From positions 1,760,001-1,824,000 of the forward strand of contig CAVTTN010000002.1 of NCBI GenBank assembly GCA_963737655.1: 64,000 bases of DNA, read 5' to 3'. Origin of the DNA: an uncultured Planctomycetota bacterium (GTDB taxonomy: Bacteria; Planctomycetota; Planctomycetia; Isosphaerales; Isosphaeraceae). Below the pieces are notes generated by a model. The model was not told the origin of the DNA. It was given only the letters and a program-made list of their open reading frames with translations, and did no database searches. Shown one piece after another: positions 55,201-63,578 of the stretch (the first letter of the stretch is position 1; each line of letters opens with the position of its first letter). The position numbers were made by a program, and so were the translations under genes.

Positions 55201-56360
55201 AGATCGCCACGCTCGGCCCCAACCACCCCACGACGCTGTTGACGCTCCACAACCTCGCCACGGCCTACCTGCTCGTCGGCAGGGTGCCCGAGGCGATCTC
55301 GATCCTGGAACGTGTCACCGACGCCTCGAGCGCCAGCCTGGGCCCCGACCATCTCGATACCCTGCGTATGCTCGGGGAACTCGCCGATGCGTACCGGGCC
55401 TCCGGCAAGCCCGCCCAGGCGGTCACGCTCCTCGAGCGCATCCGCCGGGGCCAGGCCGCCAAGCTCCCCCCCGACCATCCTCAGGTCCGCATGACGCTGG
55501 AGTATCTCAAGGCGGCTTACAAGGACGCGGGCAGGCTCCCCGAGGCAATCGCCCTGCTGGAGCAACGCCGCGATGATCAGACCGCCAGGCTCGGCCCCGA
55601 CGATCCCGCGACCCTCAGCACGCTCAACCAGCTCGCCGTGATGTACTGGAAGACGAAGCGGCTCGACAAATCCGTGCCGTTGTTCGAGGAGTTGGTCAAG
55701 CGGGGCGAGGCCAAGGGCGGACGCCAGGATCCGCAAGTCCTGCTGAACGTCGGCAACCTCGGGGTGAACTACATGGATGCCGGCCGGCTGGGGGAGGCCA
55801 TCCCGCTCCTCGAAGAAGCCTATCGAGCGTCGAAGCAATTCCCCTCGCTTCGCGACGTCGCCAACCCTTTGATCGAAGCCTACAGGAGGTCGGGCCAGGA
55901 CGCCAAGCTCGTCGAGTTGATCCGCGAGCGATTGCCGGAGGCCCGGAAATCGCTGCCCGAGGACAGCCCGGAACTGGCCGGGATGCTCACCCAGCTCGGC
56001 CTGAGCCTCCTCCAGCAGAAGCAATGGATCGAGGCCGAATCGCACCTCCGCGAGTCCCTGGCCATCCGCGAGAGGAAGGAGCCGGACGACTGGCGGACCT
56101 CCAACACGAAGTCCGCAGTCGGTGGGGCTCTGCTCGGCCAGAAGAAATTCGCCGAGGCCGAGCCGCTGCTCCTCGCCGGCTACGAAGGGATGAAGCAGCG
56201 CGAGGAGAGCATCCCCCCCGGCGCCACCCGCATCGCAGAGGCCCTCGACCGGCTGATCGAGTTCTCCATGGCCACGAACAGGCCGGACGACGTCAAGAAG
56301 TGGCAAGCCGAGCGGGCGAAGTACCCGAAGGCGGCCCCGAGGCCGGGGGAGAAAAAGTGA
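52275..56360 (+). CDS. Ser/Thr protein kinase with TM and about 14 tandem 42-aa TPR repeats
   Basis: GEGGMG, HRDLKPGN, DFG, YMSPEQ; repeats LGP(D/N)HPxTL..LNNLA; GGAG RBS. Confidence 0.93.
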   Translation: MSEIELFTEALNRTDPAERAAFLDRACAGDAELRRRIDELLAGHARSSPLDRPPLSPGESSETVDRATALATGEHRPHEGTETLAHVDPRATPDGKSGASAPSTDATGEFRPDRAAATIDHADSDATTATPKAPSSHQALVTTGEGIGTVIAGRYTLVEVIGEGGMGSVYLASQTEPVRRQVALKLIKTGMDSRGVLARFDAERQALALMDHPNIARIYDGGVTPAGQPFFVMELVKGVPLTDYCDRKRLSVKARLDLFVSVCLAVQHAHQKGIIHRDLKPGNVLVTEVDGKPTPKVIDFGVAKAKEVKLTDMSFSDVGAIVGTPTYMSPEQADPTSMDIDTRTDVYALGVMLYELLTGSPPIDARQFQRGAILEMLRMVREVDPPRPSTRLSTAEALPNIAANRSIEPARLSRLLQGELDWVVMKALEKDRSRRYDTANGFARDIQRYLADEVVEARPPSRGYRLKKFAKRNKGQVVAASLVLITLLAGIAGTTFGMIRAEKRREEAERNLAFARKGNEILSSVFTGLDPRRTYANLSELKEALADNLANAVKELDGSAIGDPREVATMQHELGQSLVGLGRFDPAIEVLKKSSDTMVAWLGPDYPGTLTTLNSLAVAYNNVGRSPEAIAILVRVRDAQERTLGPDHNDTLNTLNNLAVVYMEASRLPEAIATLERARDAAIAKLGPNHLGTLTTLSNLAQAYQLLGRTSEATAILERVRDAKIATLGPDHPSTLSTLNNLAGAYSGAGKLPEAIALYERVRDARVATLGPNHPSTLQTFNNLAVAYKAAGRSSDAVAVYERVRDAQVAKLGPNHPDTLSTLNNLATSYTGADQLPKVIALYERVLEGSIATLGPDNPNTLATQSNLAQAYEAVGKRSEAIAMFERVRDAVIAKLGPDHPSTLTTLNNLASAYLSANRLTEAIPLLERIRSARAAKLGPDHPDTLVAEHNLAAAYKAAGKLPESIALFERVRDRQIATLGPNHPTTLLTLHNLATAYLLVGRVPEAISILERVTDASSASLGPDHLDTLRMLGELADAYRASGKPAQAVTLLERIRRGQAAKLPPDHPQVRMTLEYLKAAYKDAGRLPEAIALLEQRRDDQTARLGPDDPATLSTLNQLAVMYWKTKRLDKSVPLFEELVKRGEAKGGRQDPQVLLNVGNLGVNYMDAGRLGEAIPLLEEAYRASKQFPSLRDVANPLIEAYRRSGQDAKLVELIRERLPEARKSLPEDSPELAGMLTQLGLSLLQQKQWIEAESHLRESLAIRERKEPDDWRTSNTKSAVGGALLGQKKFAEAEPLLLAGYEGMKQREESIPPGATRIAEALDRLIEFSMATNRPDDVKKWQAERAKYPKAAPRPGEKK

Positions 56361-56428
56361 CCCCCATCGACCACCTCCGCGCGAGGATCCGGCCACCCGA
56401 CCGAGTTGGCTAAACGCTTGCCTCCGCT

Positions 56429-57802
56429 TCAGGTATCCAGCCTCTGGATTCGCTTGTTGATGTCCACGTTGACCGAGTAGTAGGGGTGGGTCAGGCGACC
56501 GGTGTCGAAGATCGTTCGGAGGTCCTCGACGTCGTCCGCCCCCAGGGCGTGGCCGAAGATGGTTCGGAGGTATTCGATCCCCTTGGGCGAGGGCTGGAAC
56601 CTCTTGGAGTCGTAGAACGACAGGGCCAGGGGGCGGGCGTGGATCGTGTTCCAGCGGTCCCGGAGCTTGTTCGCGTCGATGCTCTGGTAGGTGAATCCGC
56701 CGTCTCGGTACTGGAGGATGGCCACGCAGTTGTGGAGTCCCTCGACGAGTAGATCCACGGCTTTGCCGCCGAGCTGAGTGGCGTGGAAACGGTCGAAGAG
56801 GATGGGACGGCCGCCTCTCTGGGTATGGCCGACTTTTCGGACGAAGATGGCGGCGTCGGCGCTCTCGTTGCGCCTCTTGTGGGTGAAGAACTCGTTGCCG
56901 ATTCTTTCGACCAGGAGCCGCTTGACGGCCTCGGCCGCCCCGGTGTACTGGACGTTGCCGGCGGGGTCCTTGCTAGCGGTCAGGGCGCCGAGGCTCTGGC
57001 CATCGGGGCCGACCACGCCCTCGGAGACGCACAGGACGGCGTGCTTCTGGTTGTCCAGGACGGCCAGGACGCGCTCGACCAGGGCGTCGGGATCGACGGG
57101 GCTCTCGGGGACGAGGATCAGGTCGGGCTGGCCGTAGGCGGTGCCCAGGGCGATCATCCCGCTGTCCCGGCCCATGACCTCGATGATCGCGACCCGGCGA
57201 TGGCTCTCGGCCGTCGTCCGGATCCGCTGGACGCTGGCCGACGATACGTAGACTGCCGTGGCATAGCCCGGGGTAACGAAATTGACCATCTCATCGAGGG
57301 CGAAGTCCCGGCCGGGCCTCTTCTTGTACTTGTACCCCTTGGGATTGTCGGCCGGCTCGCGGACCCACTCGGTGTGCTCGTCGGGGTAGTTCAGGCCGAG
57401 GTCGTTGTCGATCGTCTTGGGGGCGAGGACGGTGGGGAGGTGCCGGGAGAGGGGTTGCATCCCGTTGATGGTGCCGTCGCCTCCGACGCAGATCAGGCCG
57501 TCGAGCTTCAGGCGCGCCAGGCGGTCGGCGACCTGCGAGATGGTCTCCACGTCGTCACCGTCCACGTAATCGCGAGAGGCGCCGAGGATCGTTCCTCCGT
57601 AGGTGGCCTGGAGCTCCGGGATGCCCTGGAACAAGGGGTTGAGGTGGACGTGAGGCACCTGGGGGTTCAGCAGGCCGCTGAACCCCTTGATGATGCCGAA
57701 GACCTCGATCCGCAGCTGGTTGGCCCTCTGGACGGCCCCGAGGATGGTGGCGTTGAGGGCGGGGGTGTCTCCGCCGGCGGTGAGGATGCCGATCCGTTTC
57801 AT
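56429..57802 (-). CDS. pfkA: 6-phosphofructokinase
   Basis: GILTAGGD, GGDGT, PKTIDND, EVMGR, GHTQRGG. Confidence 0.9.
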   Translation of the reverse strand: MKRIGILTAGGDTPALNATILGAVQRANQLRIEVFGIIKGFSGLLNPQVPHVHLNPLFQGIPELQATYGGTILGASRDYVDGDDVETISQVADRLARLKLDGLICVGGDGTINGMQPLSRHLPTVLAPKTIDNDLGLNYPDEHTEWVREPADNPKGYKYKKRPGRDFALDEMVNFVTPGYATAVYVSSASVQRIRTTAESHRRVAIIEVMGRDSGMIALGTAYGQPDLILVPESPVDPDALVERVLAVLDNQKHAVLCVSEGVVGPDGQSLGALTASKDPAGNVQYTGAAEAVKRLLVERIGNEFFTHKRRNESADAAIFVRKVGHTQRGGRPILFDRFHATQLGGKAVDLLVEGLHNCVAILQYRDGGFTYQSIDANKLRDRWNTIHARPLALSFYDSKRFQPSPKGIEYLRTIFGHALGADDVEDLRTIFDTGRLTHPYYSVNVDINKRIQRLDT

Positions 57803-58032
57803 GGGGTGTCCTGCTCGGCCCGGGTGAGGATCAGGGAGGGGCCGCCTTCAAGGCTCACGGCGTCGCCGAGGGCCATCTGGCGGCGTTTCCGCAATTCGAC
57901 CTCGCCGTTGACGCGGACCTTCCCCTCGGCGATCAGGGCCTTGGCCTGACCGCCGTTCTCGACCCAGTTGGCGAGCTTAAGCACCTGGGTCAGGTTGATC
58001 TCGCGGTCACCGACGGGGAGGGTCTCGATCAT
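57799..58032 (-). CDS. S4-domain RNA-binding protein (YbcJ/YaaA-like)
   Basis: INLTQVLKLANWVENGGQAK...VRVNGEVELRKRRQ. Confidence 0.85.
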   Translation of the reverse strand: MIETLPVGDREINLTQVLKLANWVENGGQAKALIAEGKVRVNGEVELRKRRQMALGDAVSLEGGPSLILTRAEQDTP

Positions 58033-58693
58033 TGTTGTCCCCAACCCGCTCGATCTCGTCCTTGACCGCGTCCCCCACGGCCTTGCCCAGGCGGGAGCGC
58101 CCCTGGCGGACGAGGTCGGGGACCGAAGGGGCCTCGGAGGACGGGGCGGGGCTGGCCGACGGACCGTCGGCAACGGAGGAAGGAAGGGCCTGAGCGTCGG
58201 AGAGATGCGCCCAGAACGGCAGGACCACGCCGCGGACCTCGTCGGGGAGGACCGGCCCGACGGCGTCCATCACCCGGCCCACGAAATGGCCGGTGGGGCT
58301 GGCGAAGATCGGCCCCCGGGTGCTCGGCGCGAGGCTCGCCACGAACATCGTCCCGACCAGACCGAGAATGGCTCCCTCGGCGCCGCCCAGGAGCATTCCG
58401 AGGTGGCGGTCGTACGCCTCGAACTTCATCTTGCGGAGGGTCGCCCGCACGGTCCAGGCCACGAGGAACACGCCTCCGGAGACCACGACATAGGCCGCCA
58501 GCATCGACCCGGCCCTCTGGACAGCCGGTTCTCCCGGCAGGTACGGGGCGAGCCGGGCCGAGACGGCATGCGAGCAGAGATACCCCAGGACGAGCGAGGC
58601 GATGCTGGCGATTTGCCATGTCACCCCCCGGATCGCCCCCCAGACCATTCCTGCCAGGACCAGGCCGATCATCACCGCGTCATAGGGCGTCAT
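58007..58693 (-). CDS. cvpA: CvpA family membrane protein
   Basis: YDAVMI...GAIRG, four TMs, DRHLGMLLG. Confidence 0.8.
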   Translation of the reverse strand: MTPYDAVMIGLVLAGMVWGAIRGVTWQIASIASLVLGYLCSHAVSARLAPYLPGEPAVQRAGSMLAAYVVVSGGVFLVAWTVRATLRKMKFEAYDRHLGMLLGGAEGAILGLVGTMFVASLAPSTRGPIFASPTGHFVGRVMDAVGPVLPDEVRGVVLPFWAHLSDAQALPSSVADGPSASPAPSSEAPSVPDLVRQGRSRLGKAVGDAVKDEIERVGDNNDRDPPRR

Positions 58694-58784
58694 CCCTGAC
58701 CTCCCGGTGTCTCGTGGGCGCGATTCCCTCCGCGTCCTCATGGTAACCGGTCGGCCGGGCGGGGCAAATGGCGATTTCGGGCTC

Positions 58785-59327
58785 TCAATGGAACCCTTTG
58801 CGGCGGTGGCGGCTATATCGTTGGAGAGAGTCCTCGATGACCGGCATGGCGGCCTCGGCGGCCTGGAACTCGTCCACCTCGACCGACTTCCCTTCCAGGA
58901 GCTTGTAGTCCTGGAAGAAGCGGCGGAGCATCGTCAGACGGTGGACCGGCAGTTCACCGGCCTCCTTGAAGCTGTTGAACTCGGGGTCTCCGACGGCCAC
59001 GGCGAGGATCTTGTGGTCGCGCTTGCCGCTGTCGATCATCGTCATCAGCCCGATGGCCCGGGCCGTGACCAGGGTCATCGGCGCCACGGCCTCCTGGCAG
59101 AGGACCAGGACGTCCAGAGGATCGTCGTCCTCGGCGTAGGTCTGGGGGATGAAGCCGTAATTGGCCGGGTAATACACGGCTGAATAGAGGACACGGTCCA
59201 TCCGGAGGAGGCCGGTCTTCTTGTCCAGCTCGTATTTGACGCTCGACCCCATCGGGATCTCGACCAGGGCGTTGAACTCCTGGGGCAGGTGCTCGCCGGG
59301 GGTCACGTCGTGCCAGGGGTGCAGCAT
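58785..59327 (-). CDS. ppa: Inorganic pyrophosphatase (family I)
   Basis: HPWHD, EIP.GS.VKYELDK, YPANYGFIP, DDDPLDVL. Confidence 0.95.
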   Translation of the reverse strand: MLHPWHDVTPGEHLPQEFNALVEIPMGSSVKYELDKKTGLLRMDRVLYSAVYYPANYGFIPQTYAEDDDPLDVLVLCQEAVAPMTLVTARAIGLMTMIDSGKRDHKILAVAVGDPEFNSFKEAGELPVHRLTMLRRFFQDYKLLEGKSVEVDEFQAAEAAMPVIEDSLQRYSRHRRKGFH

Positions 59328-59548
59328 CGCGGTCGGGCTTCCAGGGCGAATGGGGAAACATTTGCGGTCGTGGCTTGGATTGTACCATCGTCGGGTTCGG
59401 AAATCATCAGGGGATGGCTCGACGTGATCGTGTGTGCATTGGGCGGGAGAGGATCTCTTCCTTGACCCGAATCGGTGATCGCGTCGCCGGTCTGCCTCGA
59501 TGATGTGTTTGGAGACAAAAATCCAAGTCACCGGGCCCTCCGCCATTT

Positions 59549-61093
59549 ATGCTCCGACTCGATCGACTCCGCCCATGCCAGATCGCCGACGCTCCCCCTC
59601 GGACGCCCGAGGGGCTGTGGGCTTGGGTCCTCGCCTTCACGGGCATTCGGATCGCCCGGGAGCCGGTCTGCCCGGGGCATTGTTCGCCCTGGAAGTTCTT
59701 CTCGGAGATGTACTTCGGGAGGCCCTCTCTGGCCGTCGTTCTCGGGGCTCGGGGGGCCGGCAAGTCGTTCCTGTCGGCCCTGGATACCCACATGACCAGC
59801 CGGTTCCGGCCGAGGCACGGGACGCGCATCCTGGGCGGGAGCCGGTCGCAGTCCGAGCAGGTCTATCGCGTCCTCCGCGAGACGATCCACGACGGGTCGG
59901 GGCCTCTGGGGTCCGATGCGTCCTCGATCGCCCGACTGTTGAAGACCGAGGCCCGGTATCGCAACGGTTCGGAGGTCGCGATCCTCGCGGCGTCGAGCCG
60001 GAGCGTCCGAGGCCCGCACGTCCCTAGCTTGAAGCTCGACGAGGTCGATGAAATCGACATCGAGCTGCGAGAGGCCGCGATGGGGATGTGCATGGCCCGG
60101 GGCGGCTCGTCCGCGTCGGTCCTGATGACCTCGACGTGGCATCGCGTGGGAGGACCGATGGAGGGCCTGGTCGAGCGGGGCCGGGCCGGGGAATTCCCTC
60201 TCTATACCTTCTGCGCCTTCGACGTCCTCGAACGCTGCCCGGAGGAACGCTCGGGACCTAACCTGGAGAAATGCCCGGCGTGCCCGCTGGTGGCGTATTG
60301 CCACGACGTCAGCGACGGCGGCCCTCCTCTGGCGAAGCGATCCGACGGCCATTATGCCATCGACGCGTTGATCCAGAAGGCTCGGACGACGGCCTCTCGG
60401 ACGTTCGAGGCCGATTACCTCTGTCGAGGGCCCAAGGCCGATGGCCTCTGGTTTCCGATGTTCCGGCCCGAGACCCACGTGGAACTTCGGGCCGAATACG
60501 ACCCGGCGTTGCCGGTGCATCTGGCGATCGACTCGGGAGTGTTCACCGGAGCGGTCTTCTTCCAGGTCGCCCTGCGGATGACGACCGAGGGCCTCGTGGA
60601 GGAGGTCCGCGTGTTCGCCGATTACCTGGCGGAAGGCTCGACGGCGGAAAATCATGCCAGAGCGATCATGGACGTGGCCCGATCTCGATGTAACGGAAGG
60701 GTGGACGTCGCTTCGACCGACCCGGCCGGAGGGGCGAGGAACCCAGTCGGCCCGACGGTGATCGCCGAGTACGAGCGGGTCGGTCTGCGCCCTCTTCGGC
60801 GATGGCCGTTGGGGGCGGTGGCCGACGGCCTGGCCCTGGTGGAGTCGTTCGTGAGCCCGGCCGACGGCCGCCCCCGCCTGCTCGTCCACCCGCGATGCGT
60901 CGCCCTGACGAACGCCCTCCGGGGTTATCGCCGGGCGAGGCGCGGTGGCCAGTGGCAGGATTATCCCGAGGACCCCCAGCACCCCCACGAGGACCTCGTG
61001 GACGCGCTCCGGGGGGGACTGCGTGCCTGTTTCCCCGAGGGACGTTCGTCCCGTCCGACCCTCGCGAGGGTCTCAGCCCGACAGGTCTTCTGA
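59549..61093 (+). CDS. Phage terminase large subunit-like protein
   Basis: Walker A GARGAGKS, VRG + Walker B LKLDEVD, motif III MTST, RNase H-like LAIDSG...DPAG...HEDLVDALR. Confidence 0.82.
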   Translation: MLRLDRLRPCQIADAPPRTPEGLWAWVLAFTGIRIAREPVCPGHCSPWKFFSEMYFGRPSLAVVLGARGAGKSFLSALDTHMTSRFRPRHGTRILGGSRSQSEQVYRVLRETIHDGSGPLGSDASSIARLLKTEARYRNGSEVAILAASSRSVRGPHVPSLKLDEVDEIDIELREAAMGMCMARGGSSASVLMTSTWHRVGGPMEGLVERGRAGEFPLYTFCAFDVLERCPEERSGPNLEKCPACPLVAYCHDVSDGGPPLAKRSDGHYAIDALIQKARTTASRTFEADYLCRGPKADGLWFPMFRPETHVELRAEYDPALPVHLAIDSGVFTGAVFFQVALRMTTEGLVEEVRVFADYLAEGSTAENHARAIMDVARSRCNGRVDVASTDPAGGARNPVGPTVIAEYERVGLRPLRRWPLGAVADGLALVESFVSPADGRPRLLVHPRCVALTNALRGYRRARRGGQWQDYPEDPQHPHEDLVDALRGGLRACFPEGRSSRPTLARVSARQVF

Positions 61094-62697
61094 TGCCCAA
61101 AGACACCCAGGACCTCGAACTGATCGGCCGCCGCCACCCCGAGTGGCGCGAGCACCAACTCCGCTGGCGATGGCTCCTCGACTCGCTCGAAGGGGGTGAG
61201 CGCTACCGCCAGGCGATTTATGGATATGACCGGCGCGGCCTCCCCGTGAGGAACCTCGTCCGTCACAAACGCGAATACCCCGACCCTCGCGACTGGACCG
61301 GAACGACCCTCGACGGGATGACCATCCCTGCGACTGGTCCGGACTCGATCGGCCTGACAACCGACGACGATTACGAGCTCCGGAGGGCACGTACCCCGGT
61401 GCCGACGTTCGTCGCCGAGGCCGTCGAGACCCACCTGGCCCGGGTCTACGCCCGAGAGGTTACCCGACGGGGCCCCGAGCGCCTCGTCGAATGGTGGAGG
61501 GACGTGGATGGCTGCGGGACGACGATCGACCACTGGATGGCCGAGACGATCGCGCCCTTGCTGCTGACGCTCGGCCAGCTCGACCTCTGCTTCGATCATC
61601 CCCCCGCCTCGGAGGGCGAGGAGATCGAGACGAGGGCTGATGTCCAGAGGCTGGGCCTGGATCGGTGCGTGGCCTCGTACATCCTGCCGGAAAACCTGCT
61701 CTGGTGGTCCTTGGACGAGTCGGGCAACCGGTACCGGGAATGCCTCGTCCGCGAGTTTCGCGAATCCGACGACGGGCCGGTCGCGCTCTACCGCCACTGG
61801 ACGGCCGAGGGCTGGACCCTCCTCGACCCGGAGGGTGAGACCCTCGCCTCGGCCGATCACCCGTTCGGTCGGGTGCCGATCGTCCGCGTGTTCGACGCGA
61901 GGAAGCCGAGGTGCCTGAACGTCGGCCAGTCGCGCTACGAGGGCGTCGCCGAGAGGCAGCGAGAGTACTACAACCGAGACTCCGAGCTGATCCTCTCGGA
62001 CACGACCCAGGCCCACCCGCTGCTCCAGGGCCCCGAGGACTTCGTCCAGAGCGACGGCACGATCCCGATCGGGCCGAGCTGGCTCCTGCCCAAGAAGAAG
62101 AACGTCCAGGGCAACGGCGCGACCTACGAGGGGTTCTCGGTCGTCGATTTCCCGAAGGACGGCGCGGAGTCGATCCGCAAGAACAAGGCCGACATCCGGG
62201 ACGACGTGGACCGAGACTCGGCGCTGGTCCGTCCGGCGGGGGCGTCGGGCCCGGCGCAGTCGGGACTGTCGAAGCTGGTGGACCTTCGCGACGGCAACAA
62301 CCGCCTGGCGAAGATCGCAAAGGTCCTTTCCCGAGCGGAGCACGCCGCGGCGGAGATGGCCCTGCTGGTCCTGGGCGACGGCGAGGTCGATCCGGCGATC
62401 CGCTCGGAACTGGTGATCAATTATCCGGCCGACTTCGATCTTTTCACTGCCGGGGACGTTGCCGGAGCCACGGCGGATTTCCAGGCGCTGGTGGCCCGGG
62501 CCGGGAGCCTGCCAGAGACCGAGGGCCTCATGCTCTCGCGATTGATGAGGCTCTGCCTGCCGGGATTGACCGATGCCCAGTACGCCCGGTGCGATGAGGA
62601 GGTCATGACGCTTCTGGCCGAGAGGAAGTCCACGCAGAAGTCGACGGCCGGGGAGGGTCAGTTGCAGTACCAGGACGTCAGGCGATGGACGAGCTGA
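61093..62697 (+). CDS. Phage portal-like protein
   Basis: TGATG coupling to terminase; about 534 aa; RHPEW, YELRRAR, DVDGCG, HPFGRVPIV, YYNRDSE, QSGLSK, INYPADFD. Confidence 0.72.
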   Translation: MPKDTQDLELIGRRHPEWREHQLRWRWLLDSLEGGERYRQAIYGYDRRGLPVRNLVRHKREYPDPRDWTGTTLDGMTIPATGPDSIGLTTDDDYELRRARTPVPTFVAEAVETHLARVYAREVTRRGPERLVEWWRDVDGCGTTIDHWMAETIAPLLLTLGQLDLCFDHPPASEGEEIETRADVQRLGLDRCVASYILPENLLWWSLDESGNRYRECLVREFRESDDGPVALYRHWTAEGWTLLDPEGETLASADHPFGRVPIVRVFDARKPRCLNVGQSRYEGVAERQREYYNRDSELILSDTTQAHPLLQGPEDFVQSDGTIPIGPSWLLPKKKNVQGNGATYEGFSVVDFPKDGAESIRKNKADIRDDVDRDSALVRPAGASGPAQSGLSKLVDLRDGNNRLAKIAKVLSRAEHAAAEMALLVLGDGEVDPAIRSELVINYPADFDLFTAGDVAGATADFQALVARAGSLPETEGLMLSRLMRLCLPGLTDAQYARCDEEVMTLLAERKSTQKSTAGEGQLQYQDVRRWTS

Positions 62698-62882
62698 ACC
62701 TCATTGATGGGGATCGGGGGTCCAGGGCCGACGGCCCGGGACCCTCCGAGGAGATAGACCGAATGGTTCCGAGGGAAGTCTCTTCTCTGGCCGCCGCGAT
62801 GGTCGCGGTGGTCGCGGCGGCGGCGGTCGTCCGAGGGCTGATCGCCCCGGCGGTCCTGGGCCTGTTCGACCGGCGGAAGTGA
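62685..62882 (+). CDS. Small hypothetical protein with one hydrophobic segment
   Basis: Overlaps both neighbours; SLAAAMVAVVAAAAVVRGLIAPAVLGLF then DRRK. Confidence 0.4.
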   Translation: MDELNLIDGDRGSRADGPGPSEEIDRMVPREVSSLAAAMVAVVAAAAVVRGLIAPAVLGLFDRRK

Positions 62883-63472
62883 GCGATCCGATGATGGCGG
62901 GAGACTCGGGGATGCAGACTGAACCGACGACCTTCGAGCCGGGCGACCCGGGGCCGAGCGGCCCCTCGGCCGACGAGATGGTCACGATCTCGCGCTCGGA
63001 GCTGGAGGCGCTGAGGGCTCGGGCCGGGTCGCCGGCCGGCCGGCCCGAGGAGGCCGCCGAGGCTGACCGCCGTCTCGCCGAGCTGGAGAAGGCGTACCGG
63101 GGGGCCGTCCTGGATCGCGAGCTGGCCACGGCGCTAGCCGGACGGCCCCTGGTGCCGGGGGCGGCGGCTCAACTCATCAAGCTGTGGCGCGAGGATTTCG
63201 ACGTGTATGAATCCGACGGCTCGCTCCGGGCCGTCTCTCGCGAGGGCAAGCCGCTGGCGAAGGCGGTGGCCGAGCGGCTGGCGGAGCCGGAATTCGCCCA
63301 CTTCCGGGCCCCATCGTCGCGAGGAGGGGCAGCGGCCCGAGGGGCGAATCGCCCTCCGGGGCCTGAGCCAATCGGCGCGAAGACCCTGGGCGAGGCCGCA
63401 CTGATCCGCTGGCGGGAAGCCGCCTCGGGTCCAACCGGGGCCGCCCAGGCCATCGGCCTCCGCCGTCGCTAG
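62879..63472 (+). CDS. Putative capsid scaffolding protein
   Basis: Position between portal and capsid; acidic N-terminus, coiled coil, PEFAHFRAP..RGG near the C-terminus. Confidence 0.6.
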   Translation: MSDPMMAGDSGMQTEPTTFEPGDPGPSGPSADEMVTISRSELEALRARAGSPAGRPEEAAEADRRLAELEKAYRGAVLDRELATALAGRPLVPGAAAQLIKLWREDFDVYESDGSLRAVSREGKPLAKAVAERLAEPEFAHFRAPSSRGGAAARGANRPPGPEPIGAKTLGEAALIRWREAASGPTGAAQAIGLRRR

Positions 63473-63578
63473 GGGCGGGTCGAGTCATGAACGGTCCGGT
63501 GGATGAACCGCCGGCGTCCCTCTCGGAGCGAGCCGTCACCGCGGAGATTCGTCCGCTTTTCCGGGAGATCGTCTCGTC

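Noticed and set aside
54070..55800. 126-bp periodic repeats as a CRISPR or non-coding array
   Set aside because: They are degenerate in-frame TPR coding repeats; there is no repeat-spacer structure and no cas genes.
52152..56396. Very long antisense and alternate-frame ORFs (1414 aa here; also 36989-40435, 9108-11597, 12172-14811)
   Set aside because: Shadow ORFs expected at high GC opposite well-supported genes; Arg/Gly/Pro-rich with no motifs.
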